A DNA stretch of 64,000 nucleotides from Eledone cirrhosa (Eukaryota): positions 204,001 through 268,000 of the forward strand of contig CAXHJY010000151.1 in the NCBI GenBank assembly GCA_964016885.1, read 5' to 3'. Of this stretch, positions 1-11,634 are shown piece after piece (positions within the stretch are counted from its first letter, which is position 1; every line of letters starts with the position of its first letter). Position numbers and translations under genes: made by a program. A model generated the notes under the pieces. That model was not told the origin of the DNA. It made no database searches and saw only the letters and a program-made list of their open reading frames with translations.

Positions 1-75
1 GTGTATATATATATATACACACACACACGTGTGTGTGTATATATTTATATATATATATATACACACGTGTGTGTG

Positions 76-124
<49 letters not shown>

Positions 125-250
125 GTGAGTGTGTATATATATATATATATATATACACGTGTGTGTGTGTATATATATATATATACACACACACGTGTGT
201 ATATATATATATATACATATATATATATACACACACACGTGTGTGTGTAT
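1..250. repeat. Compound (TA)n(CA)nCG(TG)n microsatellite
   Basis: Directly visible; units are palindromic around CACGTG. Confidence 0.97.
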
Positions 251-531
251 ATAATAATAATAATAATAATGAAATGATTGTGTACAGTGCTCAGGTGCAC
301 TACAACTCATCAAAGGTGCATGTATAGTACATAGAATAATGTACAAATGTCAGGAAAATAAACAGTGTATGAGTCATGATATAATAACAATAACAATAAT
401 GAAATATTGTGCACAGTGCCCAGGTGCACCACAACCCATCAAAAAAGTGCATGTACAGTACATAGGGCAATGCACAAACATCAGTAAAATGAACAGTGCA
501 CACATGTGTGCATGTGTATGGAAGGGGCACA

Positions 532-3297
532 TCAGGTGTAGTTTTGGCGTATTTCGGGAAGCATGAGTGTCTTAAAGGATGCAGTGTCTCGGCAGCTAAC
601 AATTGACGCAGGCAGTTTGTTCCATGTTTCAGCAACTCTGAGCGTGAAAAAATGTCTGCGAAAGTCATGGGAGCTGTGCTGTTTTCTTATCTTGTAGGCA
701 TGTCCACGTGTGTTAGACACATGGAGATCAAAGAGGCGCTCAGGGTTGCAGTTGGCGAGATGGTTAAAAACTTTGTGGGTATTCACCAAGTCCACTGCCA
801 GATGTCGGAGCTTCAATGAATCCATGCCCAGGGAAGCAAGGCGTTCAGAGTATGGTAGGTGTCTGATGGAGGGTATGCGCTTGGTTGCACGTCTCTGAAC
901 AGCTTCCAGGAGGTCAATGTTCCGAGCAAGATAGGGGTTCCAGACTGATGATGCGAATTCCAAGTGTGGTCGCACCATAGCTGTATACAGTTTTAAATAG
1001 ATGGCTGGAGAGCGGCTAACAAAGGTCTTGCTGAGTGATGCCAAGACACCCTCGGCCTTCTTGACAATCTTAGAGACATGCTTTGTCCAACGCAAATCGT
1101 TGCCGACAGTAATGCCCAGGTCACGTTCACAAGAGGACTTTTTGATGTCAGTGTTGTGGAGGGAGTATGTGGACGCTGGATTTTTCCTTCCAAAATGCAT
1201 GGTGGTACACTTGTCCACAGCCAGCTTCAGTTGCCAGTCTGTGATCCATTGCTGCATTGTGTCCAGGTCTGATTTTAGGAAAGAGTTGTAAATTTCAGGA
1301 TCAGTCCTTTTGATTTCAAGGTACAGCTTGATGTCATCTGCATATTTTAGTACCGTGGCATTCTGTAAGTTGGCATCTATGTCATTAATATATGCCACAA
1401 ACAAAAGAGGACCAAGAACAGATCCCTGTGGTACACCAGATGACATCTCATATGGTGAAGAATGCTGTCCTAGAACCGTGACTACTTTCCTTCGGCTGAG
1501 AATGAAGGATTTCAGCCAGTCGAAAAGATCATCCCTCACACCCATTGCAGAGAGTTTTGCCATAAGTCTTTTGTGTGGCACAGAATTAAAAGCCTTAGCA
1601 AAGTCAAGGTAAACAACATCCACCCATGAGCCGCTGTCAGTGATCCGGGTGATGTCCTCAAGGAACTCGATAAGCTGATCACAGCAGCTGGAGTTAGGGA
1701 TAAATCCAAACTGTGAGGGCCGGATGAGGCTGTGAGAGCTCCAGAAGTTCCAAAGTGTTTCTCTGACACAGGATTCCATCAGTTTGGCCATACAGCTAGT
1801 AAGACTGACTGGACGATAGTTGACAGGTGACATGCGGTTGCCCTTTTTGAACAGGGGAATGACACTGGCAGTTTTCCACTGCTCCGGAGTAGCACCATTG
1901 CTGAGACAGTATTGAAAGAAAAAAGAAAGCTGGCGCAAAAGGAAATCCCCGCCACGTTTGAGAAGCAGGTATGTCACACCATCAAGACCAGGGGAGGCAT
2001 AGTTGCGCTTATTCTTAAGGTGACGTCGCAACATTGCAGGTGTAAATTCCATAGTTGTTATGGAATTTGATGTTAGAGATGGTGGAGATGGTACATTCTG
2101 GTTTTCAACAGTAAAAATACTTGCATAGCACTCAGCAATGAGTTCTGCGCATTCCTTGGGATCGTCAGTGATCTGGCTTGTGTGGGGATTGCGAAGAGGA
2201 CCAACTGGAGAGTGAGGTCTCTGCTTTGAATGAACATATTTCCAGAACACCTTACTGTCAGGATTGGTTGCGATGCACTGTTCAAATTCAAGCACTGCCT
2301 TCTTTGTCACTTGCTTGAGATGGTTAGAAGATTTATTCCGCTTTTTTCTGTTGGCATCTGATCTATGCAGTTTATATTCCCGTTCAGCGTTCCGACGTTC
2401 TTTCCTGGCAAGTCGGACTGCTGAAGTTTCCCAGATTGCACTTTTGGGGTGGTTATTTTTCCGCTTCCGTGGCACTGATGCTGCACACGCTATCCATATT
2501 GAGTCCAGGATGCTCTGGAGTATAGAGTTCACATCTCCAGAGTTATACATCTCATGCCAGTTTGGGCGCTGTAGCTCAGTGCAGTACAAGTTCCAATCCG
2601 CCCTCTTCCAATCAAAGCAAGCAGATTGGAGATGGCTCTGGTTTTTGTTGCTGCCCTCAAGTGCCAGATTGGCAATGATCATAGCATGATCAGAGTCGCC
2701 TAGAGGTTCCTCAGTAGTACAACTGATAACCACTTCAGGAGTAGTGGTGAAGATCAGGTCCAAAGTGTTGTCACCTCTTGTTGGAGAGGTGACTACTTGT
2801 GACCAGTTTGAGTCCAGCACTAGTTCAAGGAAATCGTTTGCACCCTGTGGCCAACGAAAGGTTTCCCAATCGATCTCAGGATGATTGAAGTCACCTGCAA
2901 TAAACACATAAGTGGCTGTTTTCTTGGCAGCAACTCTGAGGATATCGCAAAGCTGTGTGTCCTGATGGTAGTTTGGGGGGCGATAAACAACACCAAGCAG
3001 AAGTGTTGACATGGTCATACGTATGTCACAGAAAAAAACTTCTTCCTGTGATTCGTTCAAATCAACGCAAGGAATTACCGAAAAGTTTGAACGAACGTAG
3101 ACCATCACACCACCACCACGGCGGTTAATGCGGTCCTTGCGGAAAAGGTTGTACCCAGTAATGGTGAAAACCCCATCACAGAGTAAGGAATGTGCCCATG
3201 TTTCCGTGACTGTGATGAAGTCAGGGTCGATGCTTCTGACGTAGGATTCGAACAGATGTATCTTGTTGCATAAACTGCGAGCATTTAAGGACAACAA
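532..3297 (-). CDS. LINE ORF2 (APE endonuclease + reverse transcriptase), CR1 clade, 921 aa, uninterrupted
   Basis: Endonuclease motifs NARSL, TETW, GDFN, LDL, SDH. RT motifs SPGLDG, NYRPVSLTS, YLDFAKAF, SGVPQGSVLGPLLF, YADD, ERDLG. CR1-type C-terminus VRPHLEFASSVWNPY and WNKLP. Confidence 0.95.
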   Translation of the reverse strand: MLSLNARSLCNKIHLFESYVRSIDPDFITVTETWAHSLLCDGVFTITGYNLFRKDRINRRGGGVMVYVRSNFSVIPCVDLNESQEEVFFCDIRMTMSTLLLGVVYRPPNYHQDTQLCDILRVAAKKTATYVFIAGDFNHPEIDWETFRWPQGANDFLELVLDSNWSQVVTSPTRGDNTLDLIFTTTPEVVISCTTEEPLGDSDHAMIIANLALEGSNKNQSHLQSACFDWKRADWNLYCTELQRPNWHEMYNSGDVNSILQSILDSIWIACAASVPRKRKNNHPKSAIWETSAVRLARKERRNAEREYKLHRSDANRKKRNKSSNHLKQVTKKAVLEFEQCIATNPDSKVFWKYVHSKQRPHSPVGPLRNPHTSQITDDPKECAELIAECYASIFTVENQNVPSPPSLTSNSITTMEFTPAMLRRHLKNKRNYASPGLDGVTYLLLKRGGDFLLRQLSFFFQYCLSNGATPEQWKTASVIPLFKKGNRMSPVNYRPVSLTSCMAKLMESCVRETLWNFWSSHSLIRPSQFGFIPNSSCCDQLIEFLEDITRITDSGSWVDVVYLDFAKAFNSVPHKRLMAKLSAMGVRDDLFDWLKSFILSRRKVVTVLGQHSSPYEMSSGVPQGSVLGPLLFVAYINDIDANLQNATVLKYADDIKLYLEIKRTDPEIYNSFLKSDLDTMQQWITDWQLKLAVDKCTTMHFGRKNPASTYSLHNTDIKKSSCERDLGITVGNDLRWTKHVSKIVKKAEGVLASLSKTFVSRSPAIYLKLYTAMVRPHLEFASSVWNPYLARNIDLLEAVQRRATKRIPSIRHLPYSERLASLGMDSLKLRHLAVDLVNTHKVFNHLANCNPERLFDLHVSNTRGHAYKIRKQHSSHDFRRHFFTLRVAETWNKLPASIVSCRDTASFKTLMLPEIRQNYT

Positions 3298-3353
3298 TTT
3301 GTACCCTGCTCGCAGTCTATGATGGTGTGTAGAGGGTGGCAGGTTGTTCTGGT

Positions 3354-3508
3354 TTAGTTTCCCAGAGTTGTAGCAGTTTTTACATTGCCAGTTATTGTGG
3401 GTAGATCACACTCAGACCAGCTGGTATCTCTCTTCCACGTTTCACCCGCCTTGACAAACCTCCAGATCTGCCCATCATCACGCAGACTGAAACTTTCATC
3501 TTGTGCTG
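3354..3508 (-). pseudogene. C-terminal remnant of LINE ORF1
   Basis: About 50 non-repetitive codons (AQDESFSLR...TTLGN*) end 56 nt before ORF2 on the same strand; the 5' side is replaced by microsatellite. Confidence 0.6.
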
Positions 3509-3571
3509 TATATATATATATATACACACGTGTGTGTGTATTTATGTATATATATATATATACACACACAC

Positions 3572-3613
<42 letters not shown>

Positions 3614-3743
3614 GTGTGTGTGTGTATATATATTTAAATATATATACACACACGTGTGTGTATATATATATATATATATACACGTGTGTGTGTATTTATA
3701 TATATATATATATACACACACACGTGTGTGTATATATATATAT
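3509..3743. repeat. Compound (TA)n(CA)nCG(TG)n microsatellite
   Basis: Directly visible. Confidence 0.95.
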
Positions 3744-4099
3744 CTGTCTCTCTCCCTGTCTCTCACTCTCCCTCTATCCCCCCTCTCTCTCTCTGTCTCT
3801 CTCTCCCCCCCCCCTCTCTCTCTCTAGTAGTAGAGAGAGACAAAGAGAGAGAGATATAAACGTATAACCCTAACCAAACCCTAACCCCAACCCTAACCCT
3901 AACCTAACCCTAACCCATCTCTCTCTCTCTCTCACCCCCTCTCTCTCTCTCTAGTAGTAGAGAGAGAGACAAAGAGAGAGAGAGATATAAACGTATAACC
4001 CTAACCCAACCCTAACCTCTCTCTCTCTTCTCTCTCTCTCTCTCCCCTCTCTCTCTCTATTCCCCCCTCTCTATTTCCCCCCCCTCTCTCTCTAGTAGT

Positions 4100-4130
<31 letters not shown>

Positions 4131-4184
4131 TATAAACGTATAACCCTAACCCAACCCTAACCCTAACCCAACCCCAACCCTAAC

Positions 4185-4217
<33 letters not shown>
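3744..4217. repeat. Mixed (CT)n/(GA)n and degenerate (TAACCC)n block, three ~130-bp units
   Basis: Repeated ctagtagtagagagaga...tataaacgtataaccctaaccc motif. Confidence 0.88.
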
Positions 4218-4219
<2 letters not shown>

Positions 4220-4359
4220 TTTTTAACATTGTTTTGTTTTTCTTTTCTTTTCTTATTCAGATGACAAACGGCAGAGGATACAACAGAAGAAAAGAACAAA
4301 GATAATTATTATTATTATTACTATTATTATTTGTTTTATTATAATCAAAATATGCTGTT

Positions 4360-5420
4360 AGTTAGATCTGCATTGCGTACATTTTATATAATTTATGCCA
4401 GTTCCTTTTCTGCATATCGAACATGGCCATTTCCCTGACGGAATAGAGTTTTGTCCTCTTTCGTGACACAAAGTACAGCCAGCGGCATCATTGCGGACAG
4501 ACTTAATCCCGAATTGCACTGACACACTGCCTCGCAATACGGAACACCGCACGTCTTTGATCTTCTTCCCGTCGATCAGCCTCCTTGCCATGCTAAGTAC
4601 ACCTGACGTCTAGCTTCTCTCTTAGCGGCGGCTTTATATTCTTCTCTACTCCCACTAATTTTCCAAGCATTCCATGCTAGCCTTTAGTCTCCAATGGCCC
4701 GATCTACCGTGCTGTCCCACCACCATGTCACTCTCTGTCTGGTTGGAACTCTGATCCAGCCACAAGTTTAATCAGTAGCCTGCAATAAGTTGTCACATAA
4801 GAAAATCGAGTTCTCATGTATGTCATACGACTGTGAATCGTCTTCTTTTTCGTCATACACATATTGAAGGGCTTTCCTAAATTTCTATTTTAGTGAAATC
4901 TCTTTTAGCTTCCAGACCTTTCTTTTTTCCACATCTTCCTGTATGTCTCAATCATACCTGGAGCTGTCCAACATGACCATTGAAATCCCCTGCTAGCATA
5001 ACGATGTCTCCGTCCTGTCATTGTGGCTGTTTGTAAAAATTGCTTGTAAATGAAGTCTTTCTTTTCTTTACCTAGCAGAAGCAATTAACACTAACCCAAC
5101 TGTAACACTAACCCTAACACTAACTTATGCAGGCCTAGGTAAAGACAAGAAAGATAAAACAAGGAGTGATGCTTCTTGAATTTTGTGATGCAAGTGTTTT
5201 AACCATTTGCAAAACCAACTTCCACAAACCTGCCTCACTGCCGCCTAATAACCTACAAATCAGGCAAGCACAGAAGCCGGATTTCTCGGTAGTTAGGCAG
5301 CGAGACAGACAGATGGGGTGTGAAGTACCAGGGTGTGCCCCGGGGAGGAATGTTTCCCACAGCGTGGGTTGGTTGTTGGTGATGTCTCGGTTATCTTGAG
5401 ACGGAGTGAGACGTGCAGGA
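4360..5420. mobile_element. Rearranged, decayed RTE-type LINE fragments (both orientations)
   Basis: Minus strand SGKWPCSICRKG and VTWWWDS-like segments; plus strand LLEFCDASVLTICKTNFHKP (endonuclease region). Confidence 0.7.
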
Positions 5421-5783
5421 ATACTCTCACGGAATCGCCAAATGAGGTTTATTTTTCAACATAGTCCCTGGAATGAAACAATGTGGTTATTAAGAAGAAT
5501 TGAAATTAATGTAAGATTTCACAGATCTATGATCAATCCTTCACAGTCAGCTTACAAAGTTTTCAGCCAAACCTTGTGTATTTCCAACATTTCAAACCCT
5601 ATCTAGGACTACATTATCTAATGTACAGTACAGTAGTTAGTATTAGTGGCTATCAGACATAGTGTATCTAAATGCAACATTTTTAACATTGTTTTTTCTT
5701 TTCTTTTCTTTTCTTATTCAGATGACAGACGGCAGAGGATACAATAGAAGAAAAGAACAATGATAATTATTATTATTATTATT

Positions 5784-6186
5784 GTTGTTATTCCTTGAAT
5801 CTCAGTCATTGATGTTGGTTAACTGGAAAGTCCGTTGGAATGAATATCAAGCCACTACCTGCAGCCTCAGATATTCAGGACGTATCGGAGGGTTCTTGCT
5901 GTTCCAAGCAAGCATGCCTTTTGAAGCGTTCCAAAAAGCGTGAAGGGGCCGATTTTCTTTAACCATCCCTGGAAACTTTTGGAGATGGACAAAAAACTGG
6001 AACACAATAGACCTGACCTGGTGGTTGTGGACAAAGAAAAAAGATCGTGTCTGATTGTGGATGTGGCCTGCCCGTTCAACACGAGAGTGCAAGAGAAGGA
6101 GAGGGAGAAAATTAACCGATACCAGGACCTAAAGTGGGAGGTGAAAAGGATTTGGAACTGCCATGAAGTCAAAGTGATCCCGATTG
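5784..6186 (-). mobile_element. Dong/R4-like RLE non-LTR element, 3' fragment with 5' inversion, in an (ATT)n tract
   Basis: Minus strand 5986->5867 reads ISKSFQGWLKKIG...LQKACLLGTARTLRYVL*. Plus strand 5988-6185 reads DKKLEHNRPDLVVVD...IVDVACP...EKINRYQDL...VKVIPI (PD-D/E-K endonuclease). Confidence 0.85.
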
Positions 6187-6239
<53 letters not shown>

Positions 6240-6269
6240 TATTATTTGTTTTATTATAATCAAAATATG

Positions 6270-6795
6270 CTGTTAGTTAGATCTGCATTGTGTACATTTT
6301 ATATAATTTATGCCAGTTCCTTTTCTACATATCGAACATGGCCATTTCCCTGACGGAATAGAGTTTTGTCCTCTTTTCTACTCATCAACACTCATTCGTG
6401 ACACAAAGTACAGCCAGCGGCATCATTGCGGACAGACTTAATCCTGATTTGCACTGACACACTGCCTCGCAATACGGAACACCGCACGTCTTTGATCTTC
6501 TTCCCGTCGATCAGCCTCCTTGCCATGCAAAGTACACCTGACGTCTAGCTTCTCTCTTAGCGGCGGCGGCTGTATATTCTTCTCTACTCCCACTAATTTT
6601 CCAAGCATTCCATGCTAGTCTTTAGTCTCCAATGGCCCGATCTACAGTTTCTGTCTCAACTCGTCTATGCTTGGTCGTTCCCGCACATTGACATTGCACA
6701 TCCAACGGAGCATGCTTGCTTCATTTCTCTCCAGCCGTCGCATGTCCTCTGCAGTTGCTGCCCGTGTCTCACTACCATGCAGCATCGCGCATCTA
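6270..6795 (-). mobile_element. Decayed RTE-type LINE fragments (partly paralogous to 4350-4710)
   Basis: MLHGSET...RRLERNEASMLRWMCNV RTE C-terminal motif; near-identical DNA at 4330-4710. Confidence 0.75.
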
Positions 6796-6834
6796 AACCT
6801 GGCCCTTACCCTAACCCCAACCTCTTTGGTTTTC

Positions 6835-7675
6835 GTTTTCTCGACGGCTAGCCGCATTTCGTGATCCGCCTTTCGATTGCGCTTCCGTCGCGGCAAAAGA
6901 ATTGCCTTTCCAGACCGCCGTCGCCCGACCGGACCCATGATAGAAGACGTTCGTTACCGTTGGAGCAACGCAAATTACTCCTCGGTTGACGCCAAAAACG
7001 AACGCCTTCCCGCCTCGCGCCGCCTTCTCCTCGCCGACCCTCGGCCTCGACGATTAGCCACTTTCCGTCACAGCAGTAGATACGCGTCCGTCGTAATAGC
7101 CGTCATTTTAACGCAGGAGAAACGCCTAATTGCCCTGCACCGCGTTTGACGGCGATCTACGACGGCGACGATGCGCGCACTCTTCCTTGCTGCGACGAAG
7201 GTTTCGGCTTTTCGTCGTGGACCCGGTCAGGTCATGCCGCTGACCTCGCGTTACGGCGACGCGAGAAGACGTTCGTTACCGCTGGAGCAACGCAAATTAC
7301 TCCTCGGTTGACGCCAAAAACGAACGCCTCGCGCCGCCGCTTCCTCCTCGGCCTCGACGATTAGCCGCTTTCCGTCACAGCAGTAGATACGCGTCCATCG
7401 TAATAGCCGTCATTTTAACGCAGGAGAAACGCCTTGACGACGATATACGACGGGTCGACGACGCGCGCACTCTTTCTGCTGCGACGAAGGTTTTGGCTTT
7501 TCGTTGTGGACCCGGTCGGGTCATGCCTCTGACCTCGCGTTGCGTCGCCACCGCCGCGGCGGGCTTGGGTTTAGCCGTAGCTACCCTCGTTTTGCCAACG
7601 GCGACGCGAGAAGACGTTCGTTACCGCTGGAGCAACGCAAATTACTCCTCGGATGAGGCCAAAAACGAACGCTGA
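6835..7675 (+). repeat. Diverged paralog of the GC-rich rDNA-spacer-like module (three hairpin-motif copies, ~320-345-bp period)
   Basis: Shares agaagacgttcgttaccgctggagcaacgcaaattactcctcgg and cgtcacagcagtag...aatagccgtcattttaa with 13792-14870. Confidence 0.85.
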
Positions 7676-7751
7676 AGAGATATTGTCCATGGATATCGGG
7701 AATTTTACCCGCCCTAGATAGATAGATAGATAGGGATGTATGTATGTATGT

Positions 7752-7791
<40 letters not shown>

Positions 7792-8170
7792 GTATGTATC
7801 TTTCTCATTCTCTCTGTATGTATGTATGTATGTATATATATATAATTATATATTTATAGACATCCTGAAAGCTTTTTAAATGTCTGAGAGATTGGCTAAA
7901 TATGTTTTGCAGGTATGACCAGTAAGAGAGAGGTAAGTTATTTCAAAACAATTCTTTGACCATTATTTTAAGGTACTATCTCAGTGTATTTTTAAATTGA
8001 CCTCTTGATAGGATGAAATGACCTGTATAATTTTTTTCATATTTAGATGGAATAGAAGAAAAACAAGAAAAATGAAATGAATTCAAACAGAAAATATACA
8101 CCAATGCCAATGGAGGTATGATTTCAGTTTAATCTTAACCTAATGACCACTTTACAGAGTGTACTGGATA

Positions 8171-8241
<71 letters not shown>

Positions 8242-8689
8242 AGGAAGCTCCAACCGTTAAGGTTGTCTTTCCATTTATTAATATATTGTGTATTTACTCC
8301 ACTAAACTGTTGAGTGCTTTATATCAGTTATAAAAAAATTTCAGCTTGTTGAATCCCAAAATAGTTGTTGAAACAGCCACAGCTCAGCCGTCGGGGTCCT
8401 GAATATTTATCATATATATATACGTATGAGTGTGTGTGTTTTGAGAATTAATAATTATATAAACAAGTTTGTAATGAACAATTTATTTCTTATCAAAACT
8501 GTATAAACATGATATTATTTACAGTAAGAATAACAATAATAATGATGGTTTCTAGTAAAGGTGGAAGGCCAGTAATTTGGGGGAGGGGAAAGTTGATTAA
8601 ATCGAAGAGAGAAAGAAAGAAAAAACAGAACGGGAAGGAGAGGGGATGGCAAGAGGTCCGGTGTCGCAGGAGAGAGGGGAGGGTGGTTG

Positions 8690-9190
8690 AGCTTTGAGTC
8701 TAGGGCAAGAGGGCAGAAATGCTGCGCCCCACGGATAAGACGGCAAAAATATTCTCGCGGACGATGGCCAGAGATACCCAATGCAACAACCACCCAACCT
8801 CGCGGTGTTCCCTCCTCAGATGGGCTGCTGACTCTCCGATCTTTTGGAGGAGCTCGGCAGTACAAGGTCCAAGTACTCCTGGGGTCTCGACGTTGACTGG
8901 TGCAGAGAGGAAGTGGCCGGACAATCCTCGGTATTTGTTTATTTTACGTTCTTCTGCGAGGTGGGCTGCGATGCCGGGGTTTGTGACCGAAACGACTTGG
9001 AAACGAAGTTGTAGGCGGAGATTGTGTCGTAGCTGGTGGTGTCCCAGATGAGGGACCTACGTCCTTCGAATGGGAAGAGAGTGATTCCGTCGGGGCGCTT
9101 GCCATCTCCGGGACCTGTTGGCCCCAGTTGTGATGGGAAGCCAGCTGCGTCCAGGCTTCTTCTCAATATGTCGTTGACAACGACGTGTAT
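8690..9190 (-). mobile_element. 3' fragment of an RLE-class non-LTR element (CRE-like), frameshifted
   Basis: DGKRPDGITLFPFEGRRSLIWDTT, then VETPGVLGP...WLLHWVSLAIVREN in another frame. Confidence 0.75.
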
Positions 9191-9732
9191 CTATTCAATA
9201 ATTATTTGAATATTGAAATTTTAGGTTTAACTACCTTTTAAACCAAATACATTAAGAAAGGCATGACCAACACCACATCATTTTTATTTCTATTTTGAAA
9301 GTAGGTTTATAAGTATTAAATTTCAGTAGATTCTTATATCCTTCATGGTGGTCTGGTGGGAGATACGAGAGATGGTGGAGGTTCTGGTCTGGGGTTCAAT
9401 CCTGCTCAGGAGATACTCTAAGGGGGTTCATACTAAACTTCTTCAGTGTTTCTTATCTCTAGAGACAAATATATATACATAAGGTAATCTGGTAAAGTTG
9501 TTAGAACATCACATAGAATTCTTTGTAGTATTTTTTCCAGTTCTTCAATCTGAGTTCAACTTTACTTTTCTTCCATTCGGGGTTGATAATAACGTACCAG
9601 TCAAATACTAGGGGTTAATTCTTCCTCTATATCTCTTTCTCACTCTCTGTCTGTTTTATTAAGACCTGGAGAGGTGATGTACTCTACCAGGTTTTATAAT
9701 GAGTGATGGGGTCATACCTGCCTGCTACACCT

Positions 9733-10055
9733 CTGTGTACTAAGTGTAGCATATTATATCCTTGTTCAGGGCCTTCCTGACATTACTGTGTACTAAGGGT
9801 AGCATTTTATATCCTTGTTCAGGGCCATCTTAACATTGCTGTGTACTAAGTGTAGCATATTATATCCTTGTTCGGGGCCTTCCTGACATTAGTGTGTACT
9901 GAGTGTAGATTTTAACATCCTTGTTCTGGGCCTTCCTAACATTACTGTGTACTGAGTGTAGATTTTAACATCTTTGTTCAGAGCCTTCCTTACATTACTG
10001 TGTACTAAGTGTAGCATTTCATATACTTGTTCTGGGCCTTCCTAACGTTACTGTG
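9733..10055. repeat. 53-bp minisatellite (~6 copies)
   Basis: ctgtgtactaagtgtagcatattatatccttgttc at 9733, 9786, ... Confidence 0.9.
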
Positions 10056-10830
10056 GAAATAGTAGTTTATATCCAATATGTAATATAGATATGGATTCTA
10101 CAGGACTAAAACTCATTAATATGAGGGGTATTAGTAGATTATATGCCATATTTAATAGAGAAATGGCTTCTACAAGACTAAAACTCATTAATATGAGGGG
10201 TATTACAGTTTATATGCCATATTTAATACAGAAATGGCTTCTAAAGGACTAGAACTCTTTAAATTGAATAAAATAGTAGTATATATCCTATGTTTAATAC
10301 AGAAATGCCTTCTAAAGGACTCATTAATATGAGGGTATTAGTAGATTATATAACATATTTAATACAGAAATGGCTTTTAAATTCAGGGACTCGTTAATTT
10401 GATGGAAATAGTAGTGTCTATGCAATATTTAATACAGAAATAGCTTCTACAGGACTAAAACTAATTAATATGAGGGGTATTAGTAGTATATGTGCCATAT
10501 TTAATACAGAGATGGCTTCTAAATGGAGGTATCTCATTAATTCGATTGAAATGGTAGTGTATATGCAATATTTAATACAGAAATAGCTTCTACAAGAATA
10601 AAACTCATTAATATGAAGGTTATTATTACATTATATGCCATATTTAATACAGAAATCGGTTCTAAAGGACTAGAACTCTTTAATTCAAATCAAATAGTAG
10701 TATAAAGCAATATTTACTACAGAAATGGCTTCTACAAGACTAAAAATCCTTAATATGAGGGGTATTGTTAGATTATATACCATATTTAATACAGAAATGG
10801 CTTCTAAATGAAGAAATCTCTTTAATTCGA
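10056..10830. repeat. ~71-bp AT-rich minisatellite (~11 copies)
   Basis: tatttaatacagaaatggcttcta...ctcattaatatgagggg recurs, e.g. 10141 and 10212. Confidence 0.88.
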
Positions 10831-11487
10831 TAGTAATAGTAATAATAATAATAGTAATAGTAATAATACAGCCAATTTTCCACGCAATACTTTTAGTTAG
10901 CACCCCGAACGCATAATTGGGAATATAATCACTTATTTCCTAATGTTTGTTGAGTGAGTTGGGAAAAAAAACTTGGGAAATATATTTTCAGGGTCTCAAA
11001 ATCTTAAAGAGAAAAAAAAGTCCTGTGGAAGGTAGCAAAACAATTAGGAAGAAAATGGTTTGAAGTTGGTTGGTGAGTATAAGATTACAGTATCTTGTTG
11101 ATTTCTATAAAGTTTACTTTTAACTGAATTGGTAAAAATGGATAAATTAGAAGACACAATATAATAACTAATATTGTCTTCTAAAACAGGGAATAAAAAT
11201 ATGTTGGTGTATTGGGGGGGGGGGGGGGTAAACATGTGAGTTAATGGGAATGTTTTTGTTTGTTTTTATTGAAACATATTCAATCTACAGATAGGTTGTT
11301 ATAGTTATTTAGTCTCGGGTCTGCCATTATCTGCAGATTTATAATTGAGGGGTGTTCCAGGTGTGACCACCCTACATTATTCCTAGAGATTGTTACTCCT
11401 TCATTCTTCAGTCATCTTGGTCTTCTTATGAGATGGTGGTGTAGTCTTATTTATTGTTAAGGTTATGGTCTTCCTTTGTCCACACTC

Positions 11488-11525
<38 letters not shown>

Positions 11526-11634
11526 AAAGGCTTCCTTCTCTGGAAAAAGATGATTTAATATTCACAACCATCTGTCTAATTGTTTTCTGATGAGAATAAA
11601 GTTAATCTTGCTTGTATGTCTACCTGATCAAATG

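Larger units (their letters stand above)
251..3508 (-). mobile_element. 5'-truncated CR1-like non-LTR retrotransposon inserted in a TA/CA microsatellite
   Basis: ORF1 tail plus full ORF2, a 3' UTR with an internal ~130-bp duplication, and an (ATT)n tail at 251-270. Microsatellite lies on both sides. Confidence 0.92.

Noticed and set aside
1-327. YI/HT/VC-rich ORFs (also 3354-3867, 36162-37358, 44771-45559, 48567-49108)
   Set aside because: They are translations of microsatellites with no coding signal.
7672-7710. Hammerhead-like CTGAAGA-GATATT...GATATC motif
   Set aside because: The required GAAA after stem II reads GGGAAT, and I could not find stems I/III or a cleavage triplet.
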